Of a DNA stretch of 64,000 nucleotides, positions 12,537 through 22,361 are shown one piece after another. The notes beneath the pieces were generated by a model. That model had not been told where the DNA came from. It did no database searches and worked only from the letters and a program-made list of their open reading frames with translations. Within the stretch, counting starts at the first letter, position 1, and every line of letters begins with the position of its first letter. A program made the position numbers and the translations under genes. This stretch comes from an uncultured delta proteobacterium (GTDB taxonomy: Bacteria > Desulfobacterota > Binatia > Binatales > Binataceae): positions 192,001 to 256,000 of the forward strand of contig CAVRVY010000002.1 in assembly GCA_963724765.1 (NCBI GenBank), given 5' to 3'.

Positions 12537-13147
12537 CGCGAGAGGAGGTCCGCCGCGCGATCGTCATCGGGAAGCTTGGCCGCGCGCGCGCAGCCGACTA
12601 TCCGCCGGCGCAGGTCGTCGATTCCCTCGCCGTCAAGCGTTGAGCACAGGATCGGTTCGACGCCGAGCGGCGTGAAACGCGCGAGCGCTGCGGCGCGTTC
12701 GGAGCGGCGAAGCTTATCGCATTTGGTCGCCACGGCGATGAGTTTTACTCCACGGCTGGCAGCGAGAGTTGCCAGGTCGCATTCCTCGCGCTCGGGCCCG
12801 CGCCGCGCGTCGACCAGCAACACGAGCCCAACCAGGTGTTCGCTCTGGCCGAGATAGTTGTTCATCATCGCTGCGATGCGTGCGGCCTCGGTCCGCGCCA
12901 TTTTGGCGAAGCCATAGCCTGGCAGATCGACGATCGCGAGATCGTCACCGACCGCGAAAAAATTGAGCGAGCGCGTGCGGCCAGGCGTACGCGAGGTGCG
13001 CGCGAGGTTCTTCGACGCCGCCAGTGCGTTAAGCATCGAACTCTTGCCGACGTTGGAGCGCCCGGCGAGCGCGACCTCGACGCGGTCCCATCGCGGATAG
13101 CCCTCCGGCGCAAAAGCCGAGGTCACGAATTTCGCATCGAGCCGCAT
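12533..13147 (-). CDS. engB: Ribosome biogenesis GTPase YihA/YsxC
   Basis: GRSNVGKSS, TPGRT, DLPGYG, TKCDK. Confidence 0.93.
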   Translation of the reverse strand: MRLDAKFVTSAFAPEGYPRWDRVEVALAGRSNVGKSSMLNALAASKNLARTSRTPGRTRSLNFFAVGDDLAIVDLPGYGFAKMARTEAARIAAMMNNYLGQSEHLVGLVLLVDARRGPEREECDLATLAASRGVKLIAVATKCDKLRRSERAAALARFTPLGVEPILCSTLDGEGIDDLRRRIVGCARAAKLPDDDRAADLLSR

Positions 13148-13207
13148 CGTGAGAGCTTAGCCGCAGTTGCGCGCCATCGCCACGCAGCAATGTGGCCCGC
13201 GGCGCGC

Positions 13208-13759
13208 CTAGCGAGCGAAGGTGCCGACGAGCTCGCCGGTGGCCTTGACGTGTCCCCGGACGGCCTCCTCGACCTGCGCCGCAGTGGCGCCCGGCTTGAG
13301 GTCGAGCGCCGTATCCAGCGCGGTCAGCTCGAAGTGATAGTGATGCGGCGCGCTGCCCGGCGGCGGGCAGGGACCCTTATAACCTATCTTGCCCAAGCCA
13401 TTGGCGCCCTGGAGACCTCCGTTGGCGAGCTTCTCGGTGGCAGGCACTTTGGCGTCCAACCCGCCCAGGCTGGCCGGCAGGTTATAGACGACCCAGTGGA
13501 TGAATGTCCCGTGTGGGGCGTCAGGATCCTTGACGATCAGTACGAGCGTCGTGGCATCGCTGGGAACGCCCTTCCAGGCGAGCGGCGGTGACTCTACATT
13601 GGGGCTTTTGCAGCTGTAGCCGACCGGTATCGCCGATCCCGCCGTAAAAGCTGAACTCGTGACGCTCAATTTTGGGGTATTTTGCGCGGCGGCAGGACAG
13701 GTAAGGGCCATCAAGACGAGCACCATAAATATCATGAATGGCTTGACATGAACCACCAT
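13208..13759 (-). CDS. YbhB/YbcL Raf kinase inhibitor-like (PEBP) protein
   Basis: DPDAPHGTFIHWVVYN, GYKGPCPP, HHYHF; signal peptide; GGAGG RBS. Confidence 0.9.
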   Translation of the reverse strand: MVVHVKPFMIFMVLVLMALTCPAAAQNTPKLSVTSSAFTAGSAIPVGYSCKSPNVESPPLAWKGVPSDATTLVLIVKDPDAPHGTFIHWVVYNLPASLGGLDAKVPATEKLANGGLQGANGLGKIGYKGPCPPPGSAPHHYHFELTALDTALDLKPGATAAQVEEAVRGHVKATGELVGTFAR

Positions 13760-14043
13760 ATAGTGGCCTCCTAATGAAGAGTCATGCCTCGTAAGGCGCT
13801 CTATACGCGCGATGCATCTGTTTGCGGATAATAATCCGTCAGGAAGTGACGTGTACAGCGGCAACTGTGGACAATGTGGTCGATAGCCCTTGTGTGGCCT
13901 CTTGACCCGCGCAAACGGTTTTGCGAATGTTGCTTGCAGTCAAGACGGGTTTAAGGTAACATCCGACACAGCAGGATATTAAAAGCCTAGTGGTTCTCGA
14001 CCGTAAGGGGGCGGTGTCGGGAATGCGCAGGCGTGGAGAGAAA

Positions 14044-14271
14044 ATGGCGACAGAAGCAAAATACAATCTGCCCCGCGTGATGACCGTGAAGGAGCTTTCC
14101 GCCTATCTTCGCGTGCATCCATCAACCATCTACAAGCTGCTGCGACGCGGCGAGCTTCCGGGCTTCCGCATCGGCACCGACTGGCGCTTCAACGCCGAGG
14201 TTATCGACCGCTGGTGCCTCGAGCGCAACATGAAGCCCAGCGAAATCGCCGAGAGCCTTCGCGGCAATTAG
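14044..14271 (+). CDS. Excisionase-family (HTH_17) DNA-binding protein
   Basis: MTVKELSAYLRVHPSTIYKLLRRGELPGFRIGTDWRF. Confidence 0.85.
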   Translation: MATEAKYNLPRVMTVKELSAYLRVHPSTIYKLLRRGELPGFRIGTDWRFNAEVIDRWCLERNMKPSEIAESLRGN

Positions 14272-14437
14272 CCTTCAGTCCGCATGGCCAGCCGGCGCGA
14301 GCAGCGTCGGCTGGCTGTGAAGGACACTCAGGTCGGGGAAAGAGCCCTTTAGGCGAAGGGGTTGTACCCTCTTCGCTTCAATTCCATAGGCTCTTTCAGC
14401 TCTCTATACGTATCCCCTACAAGGCGGAACGGCGCAG

Positions 14438-15211
14438 TCAGCGCTGCGTTCGTGGCAAGCCTGGTACCTCCACAAGACGCACCTCCGAAGGCCTGACTTC
14501 GAGCGCGCGCCCGAAAAGCGCGTCATCGCGAATCAGGCGCACAACTCCGTCTGCTATTTGCTCGGGTTTGAGAATCCGCCTGGGTAGGCTCACTTCGCGC
14601 CCGCCACCCTGCTGGATTTCGACCGCTTTCCTCACCAACGGCGTATCCACCACGCCGGGGCAGATACAATTGACGCGGACCTTGAAACGCTGAGCCCACG
14701 GAGCCAGCGAATAGGTCAGGTTCACGACTCCCGCCTTGGCGGCGGCATAGACGGGATCGTCCACGTACGGGTAGAGCCCCGCCATCGAGGCCGTGTTGAC
14801 GATCGCGCCGCCACCGCCGCGCTGCATCATCGGCCCCGCCAGAAAGCATCCGAGGATGACCGCCTGCAAATCGACATCGAGCACGCTCCGCCACCTATCG
14901 AGGTCGCATTGCGGAAAGGCCGGAGTTCCGACCGCGATGCCCGCGTTGTTGTGCAGGATGTCGAAGCGGCCGAAGGCCGATAGCGCGGTCTCCATCATGT
15001 GCCGTGCCTGTTCGGTGTCGGTAACATCGACGCGTAGCGCGGCGGCGCGTCCGCCGGCGCCTTCGATCAGCCGAACCGTCTCGCGCGCTCCGGCTTCATC
15101 AAGGTCTGCCGCCAGTACGGCTGCGCCCTCGGCCGCCAGACGCACTGCGGTCGCGCGGCCGATTCCCGATCCGCCGCCGGTAACAACGGCAGCTTTACCT
15201 TTGATTTCCAT
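14438..15211 (-). CDS. Short-chain dehydrogenase/reductase
   Basis: TGGGSGIG, NNAG, YAAAK. Confidence 0.92.
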   Translation of the reverse strand: MEIKGKAAVVTGGGSGIGRATAVRLAAEGAAVLAADLDEAGARETVRLIEGAGGRAAALRVDVTDTEQARHMMETALSAFGRFDILHNNAGIAVGTPAFPQCDLDRWRSVLDVDLQAVILGCFLAGPMMQRGGGGAIVNTASMAGLYPYVDDPVYAAAKAGVVNLTYSLAPWAQRFKVRVNCICPGVVDTPLVRKAVEIQQGGGREVSLPRRILKPEQIADGVVRLIRDDALFGRALEVRPSEVRLVEVPGLPRTQR

Positions 15212-15267
15212 ATCTATGCAGTTCTCCACATTTTGCGCATCGAGGCCAGCCGTTTCTTGCTCAGGAT

Positions 15268-16113
15268 TCAGATGGTCGGAAGCCCGCGATGACGGCGGGG
15301 CGGAAAAGCTTCATCGATAAGATCGAGCTCGTGCCTGGTCAGCTTTAGGTCTCCTGCTCCGGCATTCTCGGCGGCATGCGCAGGACTTGAGGCTTTGGGG
15401 ATCGTAAAGAGCGAGGGACGCCGCACCAGGAAGCGAAGTGCAACCTGGCGGGGAGTTGCGTCGTGCGCTGCGGCGATTTTTTTCAGCACGCTGCCTGCGA
15501 TGGTTCCCGGGCCGAAGAAAGAGGCCGAATTACCGAACGGGGTATAGCCAACGACGGCGACGCGGTGCTGCTCGCACCAGGGGATCACGGCGTGCTCGAT
15601 CGCCCGCTCTTTCAGATGGTAGAGGACCTGATTGCACGCGAGGCCGCCTTCGCCGGCGATGCGGACGGTCTCCTCGAGGTCGGTCACGTCGAAATTGCTT
15701 ACGCCCCAGGAGCGGATTTTTCCGTCGCGCTGGAGCCGCTCGAAGCCCGCGATCGTCTCCTCCAGCGGATGTGAACCGCGCCAATGCAGCAGGTAGCAGT
15801 CCAGCCAGCCAGTCTTCAGCCGCGCGAGCGATTTCTCGCAAGCCGCGACCGTGCCGCTTCGCGAGGCGTGCTGGGGCAATATCTTGGAAACCAGGAAGAC
15901 TTCATCGCGTCTGCCGACAATGGCTTCAGCGACCACTTCCTCGGCTTTGCCTGAGCCATACGTTTCGGCGGTGTCGATATGGGTCATGCCGAGGTCGAGG
16001 CCCCGGCGCAAAGCAGCAATCGCGGAGCGGCGATCGGCGGTTTCGATATGCCAGGTTCCCTGGCCGATCGCAGCTACCTGGCGCTTGATGGAACCGAACG
16101 GATGGCGCTCCAT
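15268..16113 (-). CDS. Aldo/keto reductase
   Basis: GQGTW, IDTAETYG, YLLHW, GVSNF, IPKAS. Confidence 0.92.
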   Translation of the reverse strand: MERHPFGSIKRQVAAIGQGTWHIETADRRSAIAALRRGLDLGMTHIDTAETYGSGKAEEVVAEAIVGRRDEVFLVSKILPQHASRSGTVAACEKSLARLKTGWLDCYLLHWRGSHPLEETIAGFERLQRDGKIRSWGVSNFDVTDLEETVRIAGEGGLACNQVLYHLKERAIEHAVIPWCEQHRVAVVGYTPFGNSASFFGPGTIAGSVLKKIAAAHDATPRQVALRFLVRRPSLFTIPKASSPAHAAENAGAGDLKLTRHELDLIDEAFPPRRHRGLPTI

Positions 16114-16160
16114 AACTGTCTTCCGCGATTCGTACGGGCCGTGCGGATTCAGCGATTCCT

Positions 16161-16688
16161 TTACATTGCTTCTTCGATCGCGGCCAGCAACGTGGCCAGA
16201 TCGTAACTGCCGTCGTGGCGCATACCGTTGATGAAGAAGGTGGGCGTGCCGTTGACTCCACTGCGTACTCCGCTGGTGAAATCCTCGCGGATGCGTGCCG
16301 CGTGTCGATGATCGGCCATATCATCGCCGAAGCGCGCCACATCAAGACCGAGTTCGGCGGCATATCCGACCAAATCCTCGTCGTCGAGAGCGTCCTGGTG
16401 TTCGTATAGCGTATCGTGCATCTGCCAGAACATCTCCTGCGTGCCGGCCGCCTCCGCTGCTTCCGCCGCGGGCGCGGCGTGCGGATGCGCATTAGTCATT
16501 GGGAAATGACGAAAGACGTATCGCAAGCGCTTTCCCAGTCGTTTCTGAATTGCCTTTACGATAGGGAATGCCTGTCCACAATACGGACATTCGTAGTCGC
16601 CATATTCGACCAGCGTGACGCTGGCAGTGTCCGGTCCCTGGATGTGATCATGATGGCTGACCTGGGGGGGGGTGAGTTTGCCTGCCAT
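16161..16688 (-). CDS. DsbA / thioredoxin-fold protein
   Basis: EYGDYECPYC, RHFP, GVNGTPTFFING. Confidence 0.9.
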   Translation of the reverse strand: MAGKLTPPQVSHHDHIQGPDTASVTLVEYGDYECPYCGQAFPIVKAIQKRLGKRLRYVFRHFPMTNAHPHAAPAAEAAEAAGTQEMFWQMHDTLYEHQDALDDEDLVGYAAELGLDVARFGDDMADHRHAARIREDFTSGVRSGVNGTPTFFINGMRHDGSYDLATLLAAIEEAM

Positions 16689-16691
16689 CTG

Positions 16692-17192
16692 TCACCCGCC
16701 TGCTTTTGCAGCGAGGTCTTCCAGGGCCGCCAGGATTCCGTCGGCGCCCGGATTGACGCCGATCGGAGAGAGATAGCTCCATCGAATCGTGCCCTCGGAA
16801 TCGATCACGAACAGTGCTCGCTCGCAGACGCCGTCTTGTGGCCGATAGGCGCCGTAGGTGTGGGCGACGGCTCCTTTGGGCTCGAAATCAGCGAGCAGCG
16901 GAAAGTGCAGCTTGCGGTCCCTGGCGAAGGCGCTGTGGCACCACGCGCCATCGACCGAAATACCCAGTAAGTTGGCGTTGAAGCGGCGAAACTCGGGCAG
17001 AATCTCATTGTACAGCGCCATCTGATCTCCGCACACCGGACTCCAGTCGGCCGGGTAGAACGCGAGGATGAGCGGAGCGCCGCGCAAATCAGCCAATGTG
17101 ACGAATTGGTCGGGTGTGCTGCGCAGCTTGAAGTCGGGTGCCGGTGTGCCTGCCTCGAGCACGGTTTTTTGCCTGGTCGTTCCTGCGCTCAT
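16692..17192 (-). CDS. Peroxiredoxin-like redoxin (AhpC/TSA)
   Basis: APDF, FYPADWSPVC, GISVD, ERALFVID. Confidence 0.88.
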   Translation of the reverse strand: MSAGTTRQKTVLEAGTPAPDFKLRSTPDQFVTLADLRGAPLILAFYPADWSPVCGDQMALYNEILPEFRRFNANLLGISVDGAWCHSAFARDRKLHFPLLADFEPKGAVAHTYGAYRPQDGVCERALFVIDSEGTIRWSYLSPIGVNPGADGILAALEDLAAKAGG

Positions 17193-17307
17193 AGTAGAAC
17201 CCTCCTCGTTTGTACGCTTGCGCTGGATGGCCCGTACTTGCCGGAACAAAGAACTTTCCGCCGCGCTAACGAAGCGACCGATTACGCCGTGCAATAAAAA
17301 GGTCAGG

Positions 17308-17565
17308 TCAGGCGCCGGGCTTTTCAGCGTCGTGCGCGTGACCGATAGCCTGACGCAGCCGGCGGTCCAGCTTGGCGCAGTTCAGGATGATCTTTTCGAA
17401 ATGCACCGATTCGACGGCGTCGATCGGGACGGCAAATTCGCCCGCATTCTCGACGTAGATCACCAGCTCCGGCCGGCCGTTGGGCGCCACCGCGCGGACT
17501 GCCCCGAACTCCTCGCCGCCGTCGGAGATAAACGTCTGGAATCCGACTTTGATCTTTTCGTTCAT
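17308..17565 (-). CDS. Hypothetical protein
   Basis: 85-aa ORF with typical codon usage, co-oriented with the redoxin genes. Confidence 0.65.
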   Translation of the reverse strand: MNEKIKVGFQTFISDGGEEFGAVRAVAPNGRPELVIYVENAGEFAVPIDAVESVHFEKIILNCAKLDRRLRQAIGHAHDAEKPGA

Positions 17566-17715
17566 GGCGCGATTTCCATTATTGGAGGGTCATGTTTTTG
17601 ATTGATAATTCAGACTGACTCCAACCGCAAGCGTATTGCAAACCGAAGCTCCCGCGCCGAGTATATCCGCCGCCGTTCACGGTAAAGGGTAGAGCGGCCC
17701 CAGGCGCACCGGCGT

Positions 17716-18552
17716 TCAGTGCGGAGTCCACAGGGGTACGGCGTCGAATAACCGATCGACAATACCTATCTGGTAAGCGAGGAACAGTCCGAAGCAGAAA
17801 CTGAGCAGTCCTGAGCCGATAACCAGTCGCTGATGCAGTGAAGACGTCCGTTTGGACGCTACGATCAGCGGCGTGGCGATCGCGGTCGTGATCAACCCCA
17901 TACCGATGATCGTCCCGACGCAGAAAATCGCCAGGTAAAGCGTCGCCCATAGCGGCTCGGGGATCGCGCTCAGGACCAGCAACGCGATCGCCGCGCTGCC
18001 CGCGAGTCCGTGGACCAGCCCGACGCCAAAGGATTTCAGCAACCGCTTGCGCGCGGCGAACAACGGCAATGTGCCGGGCGCCAGGCTGTGTTCGCGATGC
18101 TCGATGACGCCAGATGGCTCGTGCGGATGCCGATGAACGTGCGGATGGCGATGCGGCGCGCCTTCGTGAGTGTGAACGTGCGAGTGGACGAGGAGGTTCT
18201 CCTTCTCCGATGGCGGATTTCCGAAAAGACGCGACGCGATTCGGCGCAGGAGGGCCCCGACCGAGCCGAGGCCAAGCAGGATCAGCACAATCGCGACCGC
18301 GAATTCCATCGCGAGCCCCAGCCGGGCCGAGACGGCAAGTTTGAAAATGATGATCGCGGCGCCGACCGCGAGCACGGTCACCGTATGCCCGAGACCCCAT
18401 ACCACGCCGATACGCATGGCAGCGGCGAGACGGCGCTCGCGACTCAGGATCGCGGTCACCGCGATTACGTGATCGGGGTCGGTCGCGTGGCGCATCCCGA
18501 GCAGCAGTCCGAGGACTGCGATTCCAAGTGGTGCGGAACTTCCAGGATCCAT
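17716..18552 (-). CDS. NiCoT/UreH-type high-affinity nickel/cobalt transporter
   Basis: GMRHATDPDH, WGLGH, His-rich loop HSHVHTH..HRHPHVHRHPH, GLVHGLAGSA. Confidence 0.88.
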   Translation of the reverse strand: MDPGSSAPLGIAVLGLLLGMRHATDPDHVIAVTAILSRERRLAAAMRIGVVWGLGHTVTVLAVGAAIIIFKLAVSARLGLAMEFAVAIVLILLGLGSVGALLRRIASRLFGNPPSEKENLLVHSHVHTHEGAPHRHPHVHRHPHEPSGVIEHREHSLAPGTLPLFAARKRLLKSFGVGLVHGLAGSAAIALLVLSAIPEPLWATLYLAIFCVGTIIGMGLITTAIATPLIVASKRTSSLHQRLVIGSGLLSFCFGLFLAYQIGIVDRLFDAVPLWTPH

Positions 18553-18616
18553 CGCGTAATCAAGTATCACAGAGGAGGAGGCAAACGGCAGGCCGGCTGC
18601 GCCAGCATAATCTAGA

Positions 18617-18652
18617 CGGCGGCGCCGGCATAGTGAAGCCGGCGCCGCCGGC
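18617..18652. terminator. GC-rich hairpin downstream of the LLM gene
   Basis: CGGCGGCGCCGGC-atagtgaa-GCCGGCGCCGCCG. Confidence 0.5.
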
Positions 18653-18671
18653 GTGCTTACGGATCTGAGAA

Positions 18672-19754
18672 TTAGCGAAAGGCGGGGAAGACCTTCTGCG
18701 CGAAATCGGTCCAGACCGCCCTTTGCTCATCGGCGGCTGGCAGCAAGTTCAATTCCTTGATGCCGTCTTTCTCCAGTTGCCGGAGCTGCGTGACCAGCTC
18801 GTCAGGCGTGCCCACCAGGCAGGTCTGGCGAATCGCCTCGGGCGTGACGAAGTCGCGCTCCTCGGGTTGCATGAAGGTGCAATGGCCGTTGTGAATCTGG
18901 CGGAAGCGCGACTGCTCGGGCAGGCTGTAGCCGGCGACCCGCTTGAGGTATCGCTCCCAGACATTGGCGAAGTGGGGCGGAATCAGTTCGTCCCGCTCGC
19001 CTTCCTTCTTCCAGATTTCGTAAAAGAAATGCAACTCGCAGGTCACCCACGATCCAGTCTGATTAATGACCCGTTCGTCGGTCAATTTTTCTCCCGGCCG
19101 CAGCACGCAGCCCGCCGTCAATATCGAGGTGTGGAAGTCGGGACCGACCTGACGGCCGACCGCCTTGGCCCCGGCCTTTATATGCTGCATGCGCCCTTCA
19201 ATTTCATGGGCGGTGCGGCCGATCGTGATCCAGCCGTCGCCGTAGGCGCCCGTCGCTTCGCAGGCTTTGGGTCCGTTGGCGGCCACGTAGATGGGGATGG
19301 GCTTGTCGAGATTGATGTAGTGGCGGTCGCGATGGAGAAACTCAATCTCGCGAGTGATTCCCTGATACGTGTAGTTTACTGCCTTGCCCTGGAGCAGTTC
19401 GCGCACGACCCGCAGGTACTCGCGGAACTGCTTGACCGGCATCGGATCCTGCCCCATCACGCGCATCGCGGTGTGGCCCGTGCCGATGCCGAGAAACACC
19501 CTGCCGGGCGCAATCTCGTTGATACTGGCGATCGAATGGGCGGTGACCGGCGCGATCCGGGTGCCGGGAATGGCCACCCCGGTGCCGATTTTGATCCGCT
19601 TCGTATTGGCCGCGGCCAGGGCCAGCGTGGCGTAACAGTCCGACCAGATCATTTGCGAATCAGGAACCCACGCCCGATCGTAGCCGAGTTCCTCGGCCAG
19701 ACGAATGACGTCCCATTTGCCGACGTGCGTATCTACTGTAATTCCGAACTCCAT
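18672..19754 (-). CDS. LLM-class flavin-dependent oxidoreductase
   Basis: AEELGYD.AW.PDS, IKIGTGV, GRVFLGIGTG, PIYVAANGPK; AGGAGG RBS. Confidence 0.9.
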   Translation of the reverse strand: MEFGITVDTHVGKWDVIRLAEELGYDRAWVPDSQMIWSDCYATLALAAANTKRIKIGTGVAIPGTRIAPVTAHSIASINEIAPGRVFLGIGTGHTAMRVMGQDPMPVKQFREYLRVVRELLQGKAVNYTYQGITREIEFLHRDRHYINLDKPIPIYVAANGPKACEATGAYGDGWITIGRTAHEIEGRMQHIKAGAKAVGRQVGPDFHTSILTAGCVLRPGEKLTDERVINQTGSWVTCELHFFYEIWKKEGERDELIPPHFANVWERYLKRVAGYSLPEQSRFRQIHNGHCTFMQPEERDFVTPEAIRQTCLVGTPDELVTQLRQLEKDGIKELNLLPAADEQRAVWTDFAQKVFPAFR

Positions 19755-19909
19755 GGCTCCTCCTTGTCGCTTCCCCCTGGTTTGAATCTGTCTAACTCTA
19801 AGTGTTGGGCGCGGTTCGGCAGTGGCGGATGAGCCGAGCGAGACGCCGTCCCGGCAATCGGCCTCCACTTGTTTCAAAAAATTATCGTGGCTGCAAATCG
19901 AGGACCGAG

Positions 19910-20308
19910 CTAACCGACCCGGCCCAGGATGACGCCGGCCACGAGCCCGATCAGAACATAGGCGGTCAAGGCGACGTAAATTCCATCGCGTTCCTTGACG
20001 AAGAGCAGGAAGCAGAACGCCACGCGCGCGAGCGGCACCAGCGTCAGCACCATCAGGCCGAGCGTCATTGTCTGGCGCGGTTCTCCCCTCAGCGAGGCCG
20101 ACACGAGTGCAGCCACGCTCTCGCGATTTTGCAAGTGTCCGATTTTCTGCAAACTATGGAAGCGCGCGACGTAGTAGCCGGGGTTCTGCCACGCCATGCT
20201 GAGCAGGCCGGCGACCAGCAGTGCGATCGCACCCACCAGGATGGTGCGCAGGATGACCGGGGTCCAGACTCGCAGAATTCGTTCTTCGTCGGCGGTCGAA
20301 TCGTTCAT
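19910..20308 (-). CDS. DUF1634-like membrane protein
   Basis: Three TM segments, GLMVLTLVPLARV, ERD; usual partner of TauE. Confidence 0.75.
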   Translation of the reverse strand: MNDSTADEERILRVWTPVILRTILVGAIALLVAGLLSMAWQNPGYYVARFHSLQKIGHLQNRESVAALVSASLRGEPRQTMTLGLMVLTLVPLARVAFCFLLFVKERDGIYVALTAYVLIGLVAGVILGRVG

Positions 20309-21136
20309 CTAGAATCCACTCAGCGCGCGCCATCCCATCTCGGCGGCGATCAGCAGCAGTATTACCACGAACAGATTACGCAGCGCCTGCACGTTGACGT
20401 GCGGCAGCACGCGGCTGCCAACGAGCGCTCCGGCCGTGACTCCCAGCGCGACCGGCGCCGCGATCACCGTGGCCACGTCGCCGCGGGCCAGGAAAACCAG
20501 CGCGCCCGCGCCTGCGGTTACGCCGATCATGAAATTGCTGGTCGCGCTCGAGACCTTCAGCGGCAGATGCATCACGTAGTCCATCGCCATCACCTTGAGC
20601 GCTCCCGAGCCGATTCCGAGCAGTCCCGACATCAGACCTGCCACCACCATCAGGGCCGCACCGCCCGGCACGTTGACGACGCCGTATTCGATTTCCTGGT
20701 CGCCGCTCTCGGCCGGTACCCGGCCTCCTAACTTCAAGCGCGCTGCGAGCGCGTCGCTCTGCGGCACGATCGAATCGCCGCTCTTGGTCACCGTGAAGTA
20801 GGCTGACTGGAGCATCATCAGCGCGAACAGCAGTTCCAGCACCCACGTTGGGACGACCCCGGCCAGATAGGCACCGGTCACCGCGCCGGTTACGGTGGCG
20901 CACTCCAAGGCCATCGCCACGCGCAGATTGGTCCAGCCGTCGCGCACGAAGGCGACGCTGGCGCCGGCGCTGGTCGCGACGACCGAAATCATGCTCGCGC
21001 CGACTGCGGTCCCCATCGGAACGTGCGCGAAGATCAGCAATCCGGGCACGATGAAGACTCCGCCGCCCAAGCCCGAGAGCGCGCCGATAAAGCCCGCGCC
21101 CGCGGCGAGCGCCAGAAGCCCTAGCATGATGAACAT
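20309..21136 (-). CDS. Sulfite exporter TauE/SafE family
   Basis: GALSGLGGG, SGLLGIGSG, KVSSATSNFMIGVT. Confidence 0.9.
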   Translation of the reverse strand: MFIMLGLLALAAGAGFIGALSGLGGGVFIVPGLLIFAHVPMGTAVGASMISVVATSAGASVAFVRDGWTNLRVAMALECATVTGAVTGAYLAGVVPTWVLELLFALMMLQSAYFTVTKSGDSIVPQSDALAARLKLGGRVPAESGDQEIEYGVVNVPGGAALMVVAGLMSGLLGIGSGALKVMAMDYVMHLPLKVSSATSNFMIGVTAGAGALVFLARGDVATVIAAPVALGVTAGALVGSRVLPHVNVQALRNLFVVILLLIAAEMGWRALSGF

Positions 21137-21336
21137 CAGCCGCTCCCCCCTCTCAACTCCGCGCCCTCAGAATACGCGTAAGTCGAGGCGCGGCGAATCG
21201 GCGCGAAGCGGCAGCCGGCCGAGTTCCATCGTGGCGATGATTCGCGCCCCGGCGAGGCCCAAGCGCGCCGAGCGCGAAACTGTATTGGGATCGCGGAGCG
21301 CGAAACTGAATCCGGATCGCGCAGCAGGACACCGTG

Positions 21337-22143
21337 TCAGAACTGGCGCGAGGGGTGAAGTTCGAGGGCGAGACGCGGATTGGCACGCAACCCGCGTTCC
21401 ATTTCGTCGGTTATCTCACGCACCGCCTGCAGCGGCTCGCTGGAGCGCCAGATGGGGTTGCTGACGATCAGGTAGTCGGCGCCGGCGCGCACCGCTTCGG
21501 CCGCGCCGAAGGGATATTCGCTTGCCTCCCATCCGCGGCTGCGGCCCATCCCCGAGCTGATTACCGTAAAGCGCCGGCCGCAGGCCGCGCGCACTCGCGC
21601 GGTTTCATGCGGCGAGGTCAGCACGCCGTCGAGCGCGGCGTCGGCTGCCAGCTTGGCCATCTGCAAGACCCGCCGCGGGGCCCATCCGGCCTCCGCGACC
21701 GATGGCGCGGGATGCTTGCGGCTGAGCGCCGCGAGCATCGCGACCGCGATGATCTGCGGGCGGCGCAGTCCCTCGGCACGGCATATCCGGGTCACTTCGC
21801 CGCGCACCCGGTCCATCATCTCGAAGCTGCCATGGGGATAGAGGTCGAACATGCGCACACCGAGGCGGGTTGCCTCGATGGCCGCCTTGCAAACGGCGGG
21901 TGCGCTGTCATGAAACTTCAGGTCGAGGAAGACTTCACCGCCGCGGCGGCGAATCTCGCGCACGAAGTCGGGACCGCAGTTGAGGTAGAGCGGCTTGCCG
22001 ACCTTGAACATGCCGACCACGCGGGCCAACTCGTCGACCAGCCGCAGCGCCTCGACCGGCGTTCCCAGGTCGAGCGACACAATCAGCCGCTCGCGCAGCG
22101 CGCCATGCCGGATCAGGCTTGAAAATGGCCAGTACTGGGTCAT
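21337..22143 (-). CDS. Divergent orotidine-5'-phosphate decarboxylase-like protein
   Basis: LIVSLD, FKVG, FLDLKFHD, GADYLIV; phosphate-binding motifs altered. Confidence 0.7.
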   Translation of the reverse strand: MTQYWPFSSLIRHGALRERLIVSLDLGTPVEALRLVDELARVVGMFKVGKPLYLNCGPDFVREIRRRGGEVFLDLKFHDSAPAVCKAAIEATRLGVRMFDLYPHGSFEMMDRVRGEVTRICRAEGLRRPQIIAVAMLAALSRKHPAPSVAEAGWAPRRVLQMAKLAADAALDGVLTSPHETARVRAACGRRFTVISSGMGRSRGWEASEYPFGAAEAVRAGADYLIVSNPIWRSSEPLQAVREITDEMERGLRANPRLALELHPSRQF

Positions 22144-22361
22144 CGCCCCGTCCCGCTCAAGGAACCGTGATCGTGCAGGCGGCATATCGAGCCACCCGGC
22201 ATCCATTCCCGATATTCAACCCGATATCCATCCAATGATGCCAACGCGAGACGATGTCAAGGCGCGCATCGCAGATCGATCGGGGCGCCGATGCGCATCG
22301 ATACCGTGGCGCGTGCCTCCAGCACGCGACTGCTTGACCAGGGCCGCGCCCACCCCCGCGT

